Below, piece by piece: positions 12,228 through 26,333 of a DNA stretch of 64,000 nt (position 1 is the first letter of the stretch; each line of letters opens with the position of its first letter). The position numbers were made by a program, and so were the translations under genes. Source of the DNA: Octopus sinensis (Eukaryota); assembly GCF_006345805.1 (NCBI RefSeq), contig NC_043015.1:7130001-7194000 (forward strand), given 5' to 3'. The notes beneath the pieces were generated by a model. That model had not been told where the DNA came from and searched no databases. It worked only from the letters and a program-made list of their open reading frames with translations.

Positions 12228-12873
12228 GTGTTGCTGATTCATAATTTTATATGCTGCTCAAGATTTTTTTAAATATTGCAGAATTCGTTCTTATATATTC
12301 TGACCCTATTAACGAATAGTAAAAATAGAATTGAGATTTTATCGAAAAACGTATGTCATGGGGGTTCTTTTGTGTTTTGTCTACTTGAAATACAAAGTAA
12401 ATTAAATTTGCAGAAGCAAAACAAACAGGAATGAAATAATTATACAGAAATCAATTGCAAAACAAAAATTCTTCAAAATGGTAAGAAAATGAAAAAAATC
12501 AAACAAAAAAAATCAACGAATCAAACAAAATCAATTGCATATAAACAATGAAATATAGGTCAACAAAAAGACGAAAGAATAATTCATTGGTTTTTAAAAT
12601 TAAGATATATGGTATACAACATCTTGCGGCTTAAATGCAAAAGGCTGATGCAGTGCGGTGTAGGGGGTTCACTATAGAGGTAATCAGTTCTCTTTTGCCA
12701 AATTTGTTCAAGCATGCAAACAATTTTCAGCAATTTTCCTTCATTCTCATTCCAGTTCTCTGCCAAGTTATATACTAAAAAGGAACAACCCGCTAGATAT
12801 TCAAGACAATATATACCTGTACTACGGAACATGAAGAAATATTCCAAAGTGTAATATATATACACACATATAT

Positions 12874-12908
<35 letters not shown>

Positions 12909-13404
12909 ATTATTTTTATTGTTGTTATTATTATTGTTATTATTATTACCATCATCATTAACATCAATAATATTAATACGCTATTTGTTTTTGTGCGTAC
13001 CTGTTGTGTGCGTTACACTTATTGCAATGAAATTGCAAAGTGAGAGAGAGGGGGAGAGAGAGGAATTAAGACAGAGAGATAGGGAGAGAGAGTGAGAGAG
13101 AAATAGAGAGTGAAAAAGACAGTCAGTGGTGACCCCGTTCGTTTTGTGTTTTTTAAATGTTTTAGAGAGAAAGTGTGAGAGACAGTAGATACATAAATGC
13201 AAAGAAAAGTTCATCCATAGATACATACACACAGCAAATATTGGATATCAATTTCTATTTTCTTTACCACACGAAGATAAAATCAACTCACAAATGGCTG
13301 AGTACTCCACAGACATGCATACTATTAACGTAGTTCTCAGGGAGATTCAGCCTCACACAGAATATGACAAGGCTGACACCTTTGAATTACAGCTACAACT
13401 CGCG

Positions 13405-13622
13405 ATATAAATGTGACCGCGTGTGTACCGTTGGCGATTTTTTTCCTCCGTCTTCCCTTCTTTGGATCTTTCCTTATCCTATGTTTCTAACGAAGAGCTC
13501 CGCTCGAAACGTTAAATCCTCCTTCTTTCCTTCCTTCCTGAGCGTCCAATAATACTATATTTGTTCCACGTCCTCGCGTTTTTGTGTTTTCTCTTTCTGT
13601 TTTCATGTTTGGATTAATTATA
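13405..13622 (+). mobile_element. PLE-terminal repeat H (copy 1) with hammerhead motif
   Basis: UUU-CUAACGA-AGAGC-UCC-GCUC-GAAA-CGUU-AAA at 13484-13516; ends in (TA)n; homologous to 26334-26550. Confidence 0.75.
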
Positions 13623-13934
13623 TATATGTATATATGTGAATGTATTTGTGTATGTGTGTGTGTGTAAGTTAAGGTTAGTTAAAACATGTTTGCAATAATA
13701 TCGCGTGGTGGAAATAAACGCAATTACCAAACTTTCATTCATAAATCCATTTATTATTTCGTTCTTTTACATTTTAATTTCTATATTAAGTTTCTTTCAA
13801 TATGTACGATGTATTTCAAGGTTAAATAGTAATTCCGTTTACGTTTGTGTAACTGAGATATTTTGGTTGGATTATATAGCCATTGGTGTAATATTACTTT
13901 CTGTATTCTGTAACTGTCACAACATACATTTCTA

Positions 13935-14070
13935 AGCCTGAATGTTTTGTGGGAGGGGGCCAGGTGATTAGAGCGACCACAGTACATAAGTAGTACTTAA
14001 TTTATCGACCCCGAAAGGACGAAAGGCAAAGTCGATCTTGGCAGAATTTGAACTCAGAACGTAAAGACAC
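13935..14070 (-). mobile_element. SINE family B fragment
   Basis: GTACTTAATTTATCGACCCCGAAAGGACGAAAGGCAAAGTCGA motif. Confidence 0.8.
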
Positions 14071-14249
14071 ACGGTCATAATATTCACACATTTCTCATGA
14101 CACCAATGCACTGTTTACAGATGCTTAGATTTTTTTGTTTTTCCATGAATTTTTCACAGGTCCATTAGCTATTCTTGTTGTTGTTGTTGTTATTATTATT
14201 ATTGTTACTATTATCATTAATATTATTATTATTATTGCTATTATTATTA

Positions 14250-14605
14250 GTGAGTGAGAGGGCAGCGCATGCCATCAAAGTGATACGAGTAAGATATACG
14301 AAGCCCAATATACCCATCACAACTACCCATCTGATAAGGGTACAGCAGGCACATGCATCAGTCCCCGAATAATGGTTGATTAAGGATGTTGAGCAAAGCA
14401 TCCATATTTCCAGAAGTTAATTATTCAGATTCCAAAGAAATCTTCTGAACACATGGCTCTGATGGTCTCCACTACTTCTGCTCGTGATCAGAGATGTACA
14501 TATTGTCATCCACCAAGAAGCATTCTCAACTGATTAAATTCAAACAACTGACAAGCATTTCTGTTGTATTAAACAAAATATCTGCTGTAGCTCATCTTTT
14601 ACTCC
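14250..14605. mobile_element. interspersed repeat F (internally deleted copy) abutting (TTA)n
   Basis: Homologous to 43515-44050 and 19425-19640. Confidence 0.8.
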
Positions 14606-14679
14606 ATATTATTATTAGTTGCAATATCTGCAAGATAAAATGGCAAGATAAGTTAACGTCAGCATTTTATGTTATCCAC

Positions 14680-14930
14680 ACTATTAAAAGCATGCTGTTG
14701 AGAATTTAATTCGAATGCCAGATGATCGCATCCCGAACATTCTTTTGTATGGCTAACGAGTGGAATGATCCGGCGATAAAGGAAGATCCCTGCTAAGGTG
14801 TAAGAATAAGTTGAAACAATCGCTAATATACTTAAAGCTTAATTTAGCCTCTGTTGAGAGTTATTGCCTAAATCGATCTCAGTGGCGTAAAACGTGCATT
14901 GATGCATCTAAACTATTTGAGATGAAGAAA
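14680..14930 (+). mobile_element. RTE/BovB-type LINE ORF C-terminal remnant
   Basis: From 14712: RMPDDRIPNILLYG*RVE*SGDKGRSLLRCKNKLKQSL...LNRSQWRKTC, matching the RTE motif RMxDxRLPKxLLYGEL...GRPxLRYKD...DRxxWR. Confidence 0.8.
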
Positions 14931-15039
14931 TATAACAATAATAGAATTTTAACATGTAATCCACAGACACTTTAGTCCTATCCTAGGTATAACCAAGGTC
15001 ATCAGTGACCACATTGCGAGTTCAAAGCAAGATCCATAC

Positions 15040-15840
15040 TCGGACCCAAATTACATTCATCGCACCCATCCATCTATACATAGGATGTGACTGCAAAAAC
15101 AGAGAACTCGAACTGGAACCTATTCAAACCTTACATACAAATCGTACCCACTTGCAGTCACATAAATATAAATACTTGAATATAAACAATTACATTCTTA
15201 ACCACCGAATCAAACTTAAGAACCAGAATAAACAAGCTTCCAACTTAGCCAAAACAGGTTGGAAGAACAACGAAACAAAGTATAATAAGCTTATCCAATA
15301 AACAACTTAGAAAGATAATATACAGCTAGAACATAAGGAATTAGATGAAGAGTAAACGTCTCCAATGAAGCGAACATAAAACTTTATTTTCCTTCTAGTG
15401 ATGAACTCAAACGATGCAAGATAAATGAATGTTAAAAGAAGAAATGTTAAAAGAAGAAAAAAGTTTTTAAAAAAAGACTTTTGAGAAATAAGTTTACATA
15501 AACTAACGGAGTAAAAATATTTATAAAGCAGAAAAAATACGAGAAAAAAAGGAAAGCAACGGATGACGGAAACCCTTATTACAACCTTAAAAGTAAAAAT
15601 ATAATGGAAGGAATAAAAGCAGAAAGTGACTAACCAATGAAATGGAAGCCACGCAAAACAAGATAATGAAAACAATATGATAAAAAGAACCATCAGATAC
15701 GAATAAGGGACACAGTTATAAACAACAGAACAATCCGTATCACGAGATATAACTGTAAAGAATCAAGAATAGAAATGCTTGCCTGATGATTGCGATGATA
15801 TGAAACTCATGTGGCGAGAAAAGAAATCATTTTGTATCAA
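15040..15840 (+). mobile_element. degenerate Penelope-like element 3' end
   Basis: IYT*DVTAK...KPYIQ (GIY-YIG-like, 15072-15140) and NHRIKLKNQNKQASNLAKTGW (like NH..F.N...T.LSKYIW), then an A-rich UTR and a hammerhead motif at 15778-15818. Confidence 0.55.
15778..15818 (+). ncRNA. degenerate hammerhead ribozyme motif
   Basis: CUUGC-CUGAUGA-(12 nt, weak stem II)-GAAA-CUCAU-GUG-GCGAG; 5-bp stem I, but a non-cleavable GUG triplet. Confidence 0.55.
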
Positions 15841-16344
15841 ATACGTGTGTGGACTTGAATGTTCATTTGCGTGTGTATGTGCCTATGTATCTTTTATCGA
15901 TAAATACAGAATATAAACAGCGAAAGCACAATAGATTTCTACTTTTAAACAATATTTTCTGTTGTATTAGATCAACTCTTCATGTTATACAAAGCTATTG
16001 CCATTATCATCACCAGAAATACACTACTACCAGGATTTCCATTGTTGGAAGCCTGCGACCAACAATACTGTTGTTTACCACAGCTATACTTACAAAGAAA
16101 TACATATCAAATAGCTTTCCATGAACTAGATCATATCAATAATTGGTTTTCGGAAAGATTCACTCGGAATATTCAAATATGGACAAAATAATATAATACT
16201 GTGTTTTTAAATGAGATGGAGAATTTCCACACAATATTACGACATACTTTATATCACTCATAAATGGAAACACAGATGCTTATTTAAAACGACCATTCTG
16301 TTGCTACTTTGGCCTAGTGGGCACCGTGTTGAATTCCTATATGT

Positions 16345-16575
16345 GTTTTTTTATTACCTACAAGGGGCTAAACATAGAGGGGACAAACAAGGACAGACAA
16401 ACGGATTAAGTCTATTATATCGACCCCAATGCGTAACTGGTACTTAATTTATCGACCCCGAAAGGATGAAAGGCAAAGTCGACCCCGGCGGAATTTGAAC
16501 TCAGAACGTAACGGCAGATGAAATACGGCTACGCATTACGCCCGGCATGGTAAGGGTTCTGCCAGATCACCGCCT
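16345..16575 (-). mobile_element. SINE family B, full length with tail type 1
   Basis: Head GGCGGTGATCTGGCAGAA, body GTCGATAAATTAAGTACCAG, tail TTGTCTGTCCTTGTTTGTCC...TTTAGCCCCTTGT. Confidence 0.88.
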
Positions 16576-17929
16576 TTCCACAGCGAATCCTATATCAGCA
16601 TGTGGAACTGTAGCTTCAGCTCCATCAATATTTTGTGATTAAAATTTGGTTTTCATTTGTATGTGGAACGTGCGTATATGTGTGCCGAATATGTCTGTAA
16701 GTGTGTGTGTGTGTCGCATACGTCTGTAAGTGTGCGTGTGCGTGTATATGTGTGTTTGTATATGCAAGATTATGAGTGCGGGCATCGGAGTATGCATGCA
16801 TTTTTGCCGATAGATATTGTCAAAAATTTTCAGAATTAGTGAGAAGGTACTTCCTAGATATGCACAGACGTGCACTGTGTTTCACACACGTTCTTTTCAT
16901 TTTCATCGTTAGAAGTGCAAGAAATCATGATTTTCAAGTTGGAAAACTATATCCCACGGCACGATTATTCATAGATTGAGTATGTGTATATGTGTGAATA
17001 CGTGTGCTGAGCGAATTACTTTGGAACTACCTAATGGAACTAAGGGAAATAACTAAATAATTAGCGATGGTGAGAAAACTAGAAGGATTAATAGTATATT
17101 AAAGAAATTAGCTAAGGTGGATGCATTAAAAGGCGTACGCGAGATAATCTCAATTAATTGAAATTTTACCGCTTCAGAAAAAAAAAAAAGAAAAAACTCA
17201 GTGTGTAACGTTAGCAATGCTAAATGTAAAAGAGTGATCATTTCAACAAATTAAGAAATAATTCCACAAAATTGATTTACAGATACTGATGTATAAGATG
17301 ATATATGATTGCAATAAACATGACACCTGCACATACGTCTCGTTCTTCCGTTGTCCCTTTAATCATACACGTTAATCTGTCTGTTCCATATATCACCAAT
17401 GCATGTAAGTTTCAATAAAACCAATTGCTAAATTCTTGGAGCAATGAACACGTTTCTTTGATTGTTCCAAACAATTACACCTTTCTTTTATTTTATTTCT
17501 TCATAACTTTTACATAAGCCAAGCCGTATTAAGTGTATCATCACTTAAAGTATGTATAGGTCAAATCGAGGTATGTGAATTTGGTCATTATAAACATTAA
17601 GATACTCATAATTTTATGGACAAGTTCATTCTGATAAGGAGCGGCATCACATCAAAATTGTCAACTCACAGGCAATTAAAGACCAGATTTCTCCCTAAAC
17701 ACACACATCAATACATACACACACACTCTTCTCTCCTCCTCTCTCTTTTTTTCTTTTTCTTTCTTCTTCACTCTCTCTCTCTCTTTCACACACACACACA
17801 CACATATCATGTATAGTTCAATCAGAATTTCTTGCAACTTTATATGCATGAATATATGTATGTATAAAAAGTGATATTTATGACATAATACATTGTATGT
17901 ATCATACATATAATATACATTTATAATTT

Positions 17930-18133
17930 ATACATATATACATGCATACACACACATATGTATGTATATATATATACGTATATATTTCAATGAATATGTA
18001 TACACACATATATGTATATATATATACGTATATATTTCAATGAATATGTATACACACATATATGTATATATATATATATATATATATACGCATATATATA
18101 TATATACATACATACATATATACATACATGCAT

Positions 18134-18195
<62 letters not shown>

Positions 18196-18215
18196 TATGT
18201 ATATATATATAATAA
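17930..18215. repeat. TA/CA microsatellite containing a ~46-bp tandem duplication
   Basis: TATACGTATATATTTCAATGAATATGTATACACAC occurs twice. Confidence 0.9.
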
Positions 18216-18624
18216 TACATGGATTTTTCTGGAAGCTACATGAAATATATACTTGTTTAGCTTTAATAGATATTCCAACCTTCAACCTTATAGTTTGTTT
18301 TGAATACTCCTCAGATTATACGGAAATCAAAATTGCACAGACGCAGAATATATCAATATATTTTTGTTTGTAGTATGTAAATCTATATTTAATAATTTCC
18401 TTCACCATAATATTTGATATACGTTCATTTTCCTTATCTTTTTTCTCCATACAAACAAAAAGAAAAAAAAATTGTTTTTTGCTTTACTTAACATTTTGAA
18501 ACGCTAAACAAGTTGACTTTTAGCGGGTGAATGGATATTCTTGTTATATAATTTCTAAGGTCAAATGAAATATTATTAAATGACTGCCAAATGACTGTCA
18601 CGTCTGATAGTGAATATGACATCA

Positions 18625-18667
<43 letters not shown>

Positions 18668-18996
18668 TGTATGTGTGAGTGTGTGTGTCCTCGTGTTTGT
18701 ATTTATCTTCTAATTTTATATAGATATTTTGTGAAAATTAGTGTCATGTCTCTTAGGATTTGGTTGGGTGCTCTTGTTTGTCTGCATTGCGAAATGAAGA
18801 GCGACGATCATGCGTCTGTTTATCTTGACCGAATATGGTAACGAGATCGTGTGTATTCCACAGGGTGTGTGATAAGCAGTCATAATACAATTTTTTAGTA
18901 GTGTGCTCAACAAATAATCACACGACTTACACTGCGTAATACGATGTATGCACTTGGGTAGTAACTGTTATTTCTCATTTGCTTAATTTTAGCGTA

Positions 18997-19148
18997 GGCG
19001 TAGGAGTGGCTGTGTGGTAAGTAGCTTGCTTACCAACCACATTGTTCAGTCCCACTGCGTGGGAACTTGGGAAAGTGTATTCTACTATAGACTTGGTCCG
19101 ACTGAAGCCCTATGAATGGATTTGGTAGACGGAAGCTGAAAGAAGCCG

Positions 19149-19210
<62 letters not shown>

Positions 19211-19420
19211 ATATGTTTGTGTGTTGTGTTTATCCCCCAACACCACTTGACAACCGATGCTGGTGTGTTTCCGTCCCCGTAACTTAGCGGATCGGCAAAA
19301 GAGACCGACAGAATAAGTACTAGGCTTACAAAGAATAAGCCTTGGGGTCGATTTCCTCGACTAAAGGCGGTGCTCCAGCATGGCCGCATTCAAATTACTG
19401 CAAGTAGTAAAAGAAAAAGA
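18997..19420 (+). mobile_element. SINE family A, full length
   Basis: Matches the family consensus. Confidence 0.9.
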
Positions 19421-19424
19421 GTTA

Positions 19425-19640
19425 CCCTTAGAATGTACGAAAAATGGGTAAATTTTCTTTGGGGCTTTATTCAAACCCCAAATAATCTCTCTCGACACAA
19501 GACTATAATGCTTCGTCACTACTCCTGCTCATGATCAGAGTTGCACATATTGTCAGTCAGTAAGATACACGCTTACGTAGTTAAAGTCAAGCTACTGACA
19601 AGCAAATCTAAGATATTCAACAGAATATTTGCTATCTCAG
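19425..19640. mobile_element. repeat F fragment
   Basis: TTATTCAAACCCCAAA...CTGCTCATGATCAGAG...CTGACAAGCAAATCT is shared with 43780-43950. Confidence 0.7.
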
Positions 19641-19960
19641 TATTTCTACTTCAGTAACTAAGCGCTGAATCTGTCTGAAATAAAATGGAAAATAAGTCAG
19701 TTTCAAAGAAAAGCAAAGCCAGTCATTTCCTTTGAATTCGATACAAAAGCAAATAGGAAGTAACACTTACTGACCAAAGATAAAAAGAGGATTAAAATTC
19801 TGTTACACAGTGTTGTGAATTATTTTGGAGCTACGAGAGTAAGACGATGTATAAAATAAACAAAAGCATCAACTGCCGATAGAAAGAGCAGAAACCATGT
19901 CACTTGTAAGCTTCTGAGGCTGCTAACGATCAATTCATGTATTTGCATGTCAATATTCAG

Positions 19961-20029
19961 AAGGAAGACATGATTTGGGAAGAGATACTCGAAGGCCGTT
20001 GTCCAGAGACTGAAGAATTCGGCGGGAAG
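19961..20029 (+). CDS. candidate internal exon (KEDMIWEEILEGRCPETEEFGGK), gene unknown
   Basis: Branch-like GCTAAC at ~19922, TTCAG acceptor, 69-nt open phase 0-0 frame, AAG|GTCAG donor, GC content above background. Confidence 0.4.
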
Positions 20030-21620
20030 GTCAGCGCAAGGAATTGATTGTTTGGGCTCACAAAGAACTTTGTTTGCATATACACATGTATATATACATA
20101 CATAAATACATATAAACATACATACATATATACATTCATACATACATGTGTGTGTATGTGCATTTGAGTTTTCACGTTTGTACCTGCAAGTGTTAGTACC
20201 TGTAACTTATGTTGGTTTCATAACGTCATAGTAACTTAGCAGTTTTGTACAAATGTCTGATAGAGTAAGTACCAGGTTTGAATACTACTACTACTACTAA
20301 TACTAATAATAATAATAACACAGCCGCCACCGCCACTAACACTACCTAAACCACCACCACCACTACTACTACTGAATTTCTTTATGAGTTGTCAGGGCAC
20401 AGCTTTTATGCTGTTTGAGAGATTGCTGCTGCTAAGACATCTGAAACTAATGCAATAATAATCACTTCTCGAAATATTTTCGCAAATATTTTCAGTTGTG
20501 TCTGCGAAGAGGTTTCCATTCCTGCGTATTTCAATTCCTCATATTTCCTGGCAGTGATGGAAAAACACAAGATGCATTTTTTTTACTCATATTTCTAGTT
20601 ATATATATTCCAATTAAAAACTTTTATGTCATTCCTCTGATACTTTCCTTTTCTTTGCCACATTGCAAATGATTATAACCATTCTAATACATTCGATAAT
20701 GATACCGAAGCCCATGTCAGAGCTAAAATTTATACATTTCTTCGCTTTATTTCGTATGTTACATTATGTAAATGAGACGAAGAAATTCATATTATTATTC
20801 GGAAAACCCAGAATTCATGAATATTAAGTGTTATTAAGAAAGAGAGGAAATGAAAACTATGCAGTTTTCGTACCCCAAGGGTAAATTGAAATGTATTAGA
20901 ACTATGAGCATATAAAACGCTTCTTTTGTATTTATGGTTTACGTAAAGATATTTGAATTTAATAAATGACGTTATCCAAAAGAATAGCAATATTATTGCT
21001 ATGAATATTTCACATATTATTTCCCAACGTCAATAAAAGCTACGAAAACGATATATATGTATATACATACATACACACATATATACATGTATAGATGCAT
21101 ACATAAATATATATGTGTTTGTGTGTGTACATATGTATATTCAGAAGCAAAAATAGAAGTAGGCAGACAAATTTCTTCATCTTCAAGATAATTGTTTTCT
21201 TAACATTTGTAAAATATGTCCCCCGGTACACATCATTTTCCAGTGTAGATTTGACAATTTCGCAAACAAACAAAAAAAAAAAAAAAACTATGGAAGAGAC
21301 AGCAGCTGCGTCGCTTTACCTCGAAGTAGCAATCGTTAGTCTTCATTTGAAATCGAAGTCATATTTAAGTTATTCAGCTGAGATAGATTATTAAATATCA
21401 CTTCTTTATGTTTCGACATTGTATCGATGTTCAGGATATCAGAAGCTTATTTGCATAGGATGAATATTGACTAAATTGAGAATTTCTTTTTTAATGTGAA
21501 ATATTTAAATGAACTGATAGAGAATTACAAATACATATAACCATAGTATATTATGTACATTCGTACATACATATTTGCATAGACATACATCCACATGTTA
21601 ATATTGTTGTTTGAATAGAT

Positions 21621-22060
21621 AGGCGGCGAGCTAGCAAAATAGTTAACAGGCCGGGGAAAATGCTGAACCGCATTTCATCCGTCTGTACCTTTCGGGCTCC
21701 ATTGCCACCGAGATCGAGTTTGTTTTTCATCCCTTTCAGGGTCGATTATAAAGGATCAGTTGAATCCTGTTTCTTTATTACCCACAAGGGACTAAATAGA
21801 GTGGACAAACAAGGATAGACAAACGGATTAAGTCGATTATATCGACCCTAGTGCGTAACTGGTACTTATTTAATCGACCCCGAATGGATGAAAGGAAAAT
21901 TCGACCTCGGCAGAATTTGAACTCAGAACGTAACGGTAAACGAAATACTGCTAAGCATTTCGCCCGGCGTGCTAACGATTCTGCCAGCTCGCCGCGGAGT
22001 CAATGTAATTGAGTTATAGTCACCGCTAAAATTGCTGGCCGTGTATCGAAATTTAAAACA
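21621..22060 (+). mobile_element. old SINE B interrupted by an inverted younger SINE B (21769-21995, minus)
   Basis: The outer copy breaks at CAGTTGAATCCTG and resumes at GGAGTCAATGTAATTGAG; the inner copy is near consensus with tail 1. Confidence 0.8.
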
Positions 22061-22407
22061 AAACCGTGTTGAAAACTATATTTTCCTATTTTGCAGCAAG
22101 TAGCAGTCTACACATGCGCGCGCGCAAAGACACACACACGCATGCATGCAAGCATGATCAAACATGTGACAATATTAAAGATAGTATAATATAACTTATC
22201 CTCCTTAGTTGTTTTCGGCTATTCTGTAAATGGAAAGTCAGAGGTAATTCGTATGTTTGGCAATATGAGAGGCATTGCAGTAGACTTAAGGTACTTGACC
22301 TGTCCATTCTACTTGAAGACTAGTTTTGTGAGGTGTGTGCATTGAATAAAATGGGGAGACAAGTCTCCTGAGAAACGATGCGAGTTGTGGTATGTGAGGA
22401 AAGAATA

Positions 22408-22731
22408 TAAATCGCACTCTATCGGTTATGACGATGAGGGTTCAAATTGCTCCCATCAACGGAAGAACCTGCTCGTGAAATTAACGTGTACGTGACTGAG
22501 TACTCCATAGATATGTGCATCCTTATAGCAGACCTCAGGGAGATTCAGCATGATACAGAGTGTGACAAGGCTGGCCCTTTGAAATACAGGTACTACTCAT
22601 TTTTGCCAGCCGAATGGACTGAAGCGACATGAAATAAAGTGTGTTGCTCAAAGACACAACACGTCGCCGGAAATTGAACTCGCGATCTTCCGACCGTGAA
22701 CCGAATACCCTAACTTGTAAGACGGGCGCCT
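22408..22731 (-). mobile_element. SINE family D (CORE-like) with 13-bp target-site duplication
   Basis: tRNA-like head and TTGTGTCTTTGAGCAACACACTTTA core; TGAGGAAAGAATA at both 22395-22407 and 22732-22744. Confidence 0.85.
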
Positions 22732-23075
22732 TGAGGAAAGAATAGAGAGGGAAAACTCGATGTACATTTATAGTTGGATTATGTTAAGGCTAATGAGATT
22801 TTCTTTACCCTACCTGTCTATGAATGATTGAATATATATGCATGTATATATGTGCATGTTTGTATGCATATAATATATCTATCTATCTATCTACCTAGCA
22901 ACATGAAATAAAATGTGTTGCTCAAAGACACAACGCGTCGCCGGGAATTGAACTCACGATGTACATTTATAGTAGTATTATGTTAAGGTTAATGAGATTT
23001 TTTTACTCTACCTGTCTATGAATGATTGAATATATATGCATGTATATATGTGCATGTTTGCATGCATATAATATA
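22624..23075. repeat. local tandem duplication (22624-22878 and 22898-23075)
   Basis: The second copy lacks ~75 bp between two AACTC..GAT motifs. Confidence 0.85.
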
Positions 23076-23954
23076 TACATAATACGTATATTGCTTCTAT
23101 TTATCTATCTTCACACACAAACATACACGTACAAATTACATTTACGTAGAAATGTAAACATAGATAAAGGATAAGAGAAACTGGGGGATGAGCGTAAGTA
23201 AAGGAAAGTCATTACACATACATACATATATACAAATATTATTAAATGCTGACATAGAAAGAGCGAGGGTGTTAATAGGAAAAATAGAGACTAATTAAAC
23301 GTCTGATTTCAAATATGTCAGCCTCGAACCAGCCAAACATTTGGCGCAGAATCAGTTATACCAAGACGTCTAAGACCCAACAAGGGAATGCTAGACATAA
23401 ACTCAATGGCAAAAAGGACGTTCGATAGCTCTAAATTATTTCGCATAACCTTGTCAGGCATCAGTTAAGTATACAATACCCCTCACTCGTGAGATTTGCA
23501 AGCGGCATTTATATTTTTGCCAAGAGTCAAGAAATACTTTGATATATATACCTTCTCCCATGTCGAAGCACGTCGTTCCCAGCTGAGTTAATGATGATAA
23601 AAATTCCGTTGAAACAGATAATTTGATCGTAGCGACAACAAACTATCGCGCAAAATATCCAATAGTCACTCAAACAGAGAAATATTTTCGTTGTACTTTT
23701 TGATATGTTTTGCTAAACATATTCACATTCAAATGAGAGCGCGGAGATTTACTTAAAGAGGCCAGACAATAATGTTGATAGCCTGTCTTTTGAATCTCCT
23801 ACTAAAATTTAGGGAGACTAAGAAAGCGAATCATCTCTCCATATGCAAATGAAAACGAAAGCTTACCAGATTTTTATATAGAGATAACGTTACACAAGAT
23901 AACAAGCTTACACTAAAGAACGCCAGATATTATAACATATATTAAGACGATGGT

Positions 23955-24440
23955 GGAGGCGCAATGACCCAGTGGTTAGGGCAGCAGACTCGCGGTCGGA
24001 GGATCGCGGTATCAATTCCCAGACCGGGCGTTGTGTGTGTTTATTGGGCGAAAACACCTAAAAGCTCCAGGAGGCTCCGGCAGGGGGTGTTGGTGACCCC
24101 TGTTGTACTGTTTCGCCACAACTTTCTCTCACTCTCTATTCCTGTCCGGCTGGGGGGAACACATACGCCACAGAAACCGGGAAACCTGGCTAGGCTCGAA
24201 AAGGGCGGCGTTTATCGTTATATTAAGGCGGTTAGCTAGCAGAATCGTTAGAACACCAGGCAAAATGCTTAGTGGCATTTCGTCCGTCTTTGCATTCTAA
24301 ATTCAAACTCCACCGGGGTTGACTTTGTCTCTGAACCACTCCGGGTCGATAAAATAATTACCAGTTGAACACTGGGATTGATGTAATAGTCTTACGCCTC
24401 CCTTAAAATTTTGGGACCTGTGCCAAAGTTTGGAATCATT
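23955..24440 (+). mobile_element. SINE C (23955-24205) followed by SINE B (24226-24440)
   Basis: Both match their family consensus. Confidence 0.82.
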
Positions 24441-25269
24441 ATAACATATACTTGTCGTACTCGTGGGAATGTGTCAGCCTATTTTATGGTACAGTGTCAA
24501 TCATAAACATCTCCTCCATTGCTAATAACTTCCTGTTATATCTTTCACGATCCTTTCATTAGTTTCTTGGAAATCTTTTCTATTCTCTTCGGTCAGGTAT
24601 TCTCTTCTAGCTTTCATTCTCTTTCTTGCTCGTTTATATTTTTGCCTTCTGTTTTTTATTAGCAATTCTCATTCTTTCCTTATTTACATCAGCTTCATCA
24701 TTTATCGTATCAGACCTTCTAGCTCGATTTCTTGCAATAATTGCTAAATTTTTCTCCTGAGTGAAAGACTCATCATTCTTCATTCTATCTTCATTATTCT
24801 TAATCCTTATACTTTCTCTTTACCCATTTCTCAATATATTCCTCTTCTACTATTCTTCTCCCTATCTTGTGAATTATGATCATTGTCCGCCACGTGACAC
24901 CAAAGCAAAAAACTCCGCATCAGTAATAAAATATTTTTAGATGCACTTGATATCTACTCTTAACACCTGCATCCAGAATATACTACAACATATCTTTTAC
25001 AAAGAAAGTAACAAACATGGTTATTAATACGTAGAGAGTTGGAAAAACTGTTTCTAAAGGATATGCTGTTACATATATTTTACGAAGAAACTTTGGAATG
25101 CAGTTTTTGGTTATTTATATGTAGGTATAATAAAGATGTGTGTGATTGTATGAGTTTTTTGCATAATGAACTTTACATATAAATACATGCAATTCAGTTC
25201 AATAAACAATATATTTTAAATATCTAATTATCCATTACCATTAAGACTTGAAACTCGGAGTAGCTGAAG

Positions 25270-25293
25270 TTATAACGATAGTTCATATGAGTA

Positions 25294-25332
<39 letters not shown>

Positions 25333-25384
25333 TACATTATATATATATAATATATATAATATACATATATATATATACATATAC

Positions 25385-25419
<35 letters not shown>

Positions 25420-25514
25420 TATATATATACATGTACATATATATTTATATATATACATATACATATATATTTATATATATACATATACATATATATTTAT
25501 ATATATACATATAC

Positions 25515-25545
<31 letters not shown>

Positions 25546-25621
25546 CATATACATATATTTATATATATACATATACATATACATATATATATATATATAC
25601 ATATACATATACATATATTAT

Positions 25622-25684
<63 letters not shown>

Positions 25685-25787
25685 ACATATATATATATAT
25701 ATACATATATAATATATATATACAGTACATATACTATATATATATACATATATATATATATATACACATATATATATATATATACAC

Positions 25788-25852
<65 letters not shown>

Positions 25853-25921
25853 CATTATATATATATACATATATATATACATATACATATATATATATAC
25901 ATATATATATATCATATATAC

Positions 25922-25998
<77 letters not shown>

Positions 25999-26137
25999 CA
26001 TATATATATACATATATATAATATATATACATATATATATATATAATACATATATACATATATATATATACATATATATATATACTATATATATATACAT
26101 ATATATATATACATATATACATATATATATATACATA

Positions 26138-26184
<47 letters not shown>

Positions 26185-26298
26185 TATTATATATATATAT
26201 ACATATACATATATATATATATATATACATATATATACATATATACATATATATACATATATATATATATACATATATATACATATATATATATATAC

Positions 26299-26333
<35 letters not shown>
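25270..26333. repeat. ~1 kb (TA)n/(TACATA)n microsatellite
   Basis: Directly visible. Confidence 0.97.

Noticed and set aside
24500-24870. Purine-rich minus strand resembling a coiled-coil or gag remnant
   Set aside because: Multiple stops and no diagnostic motif.
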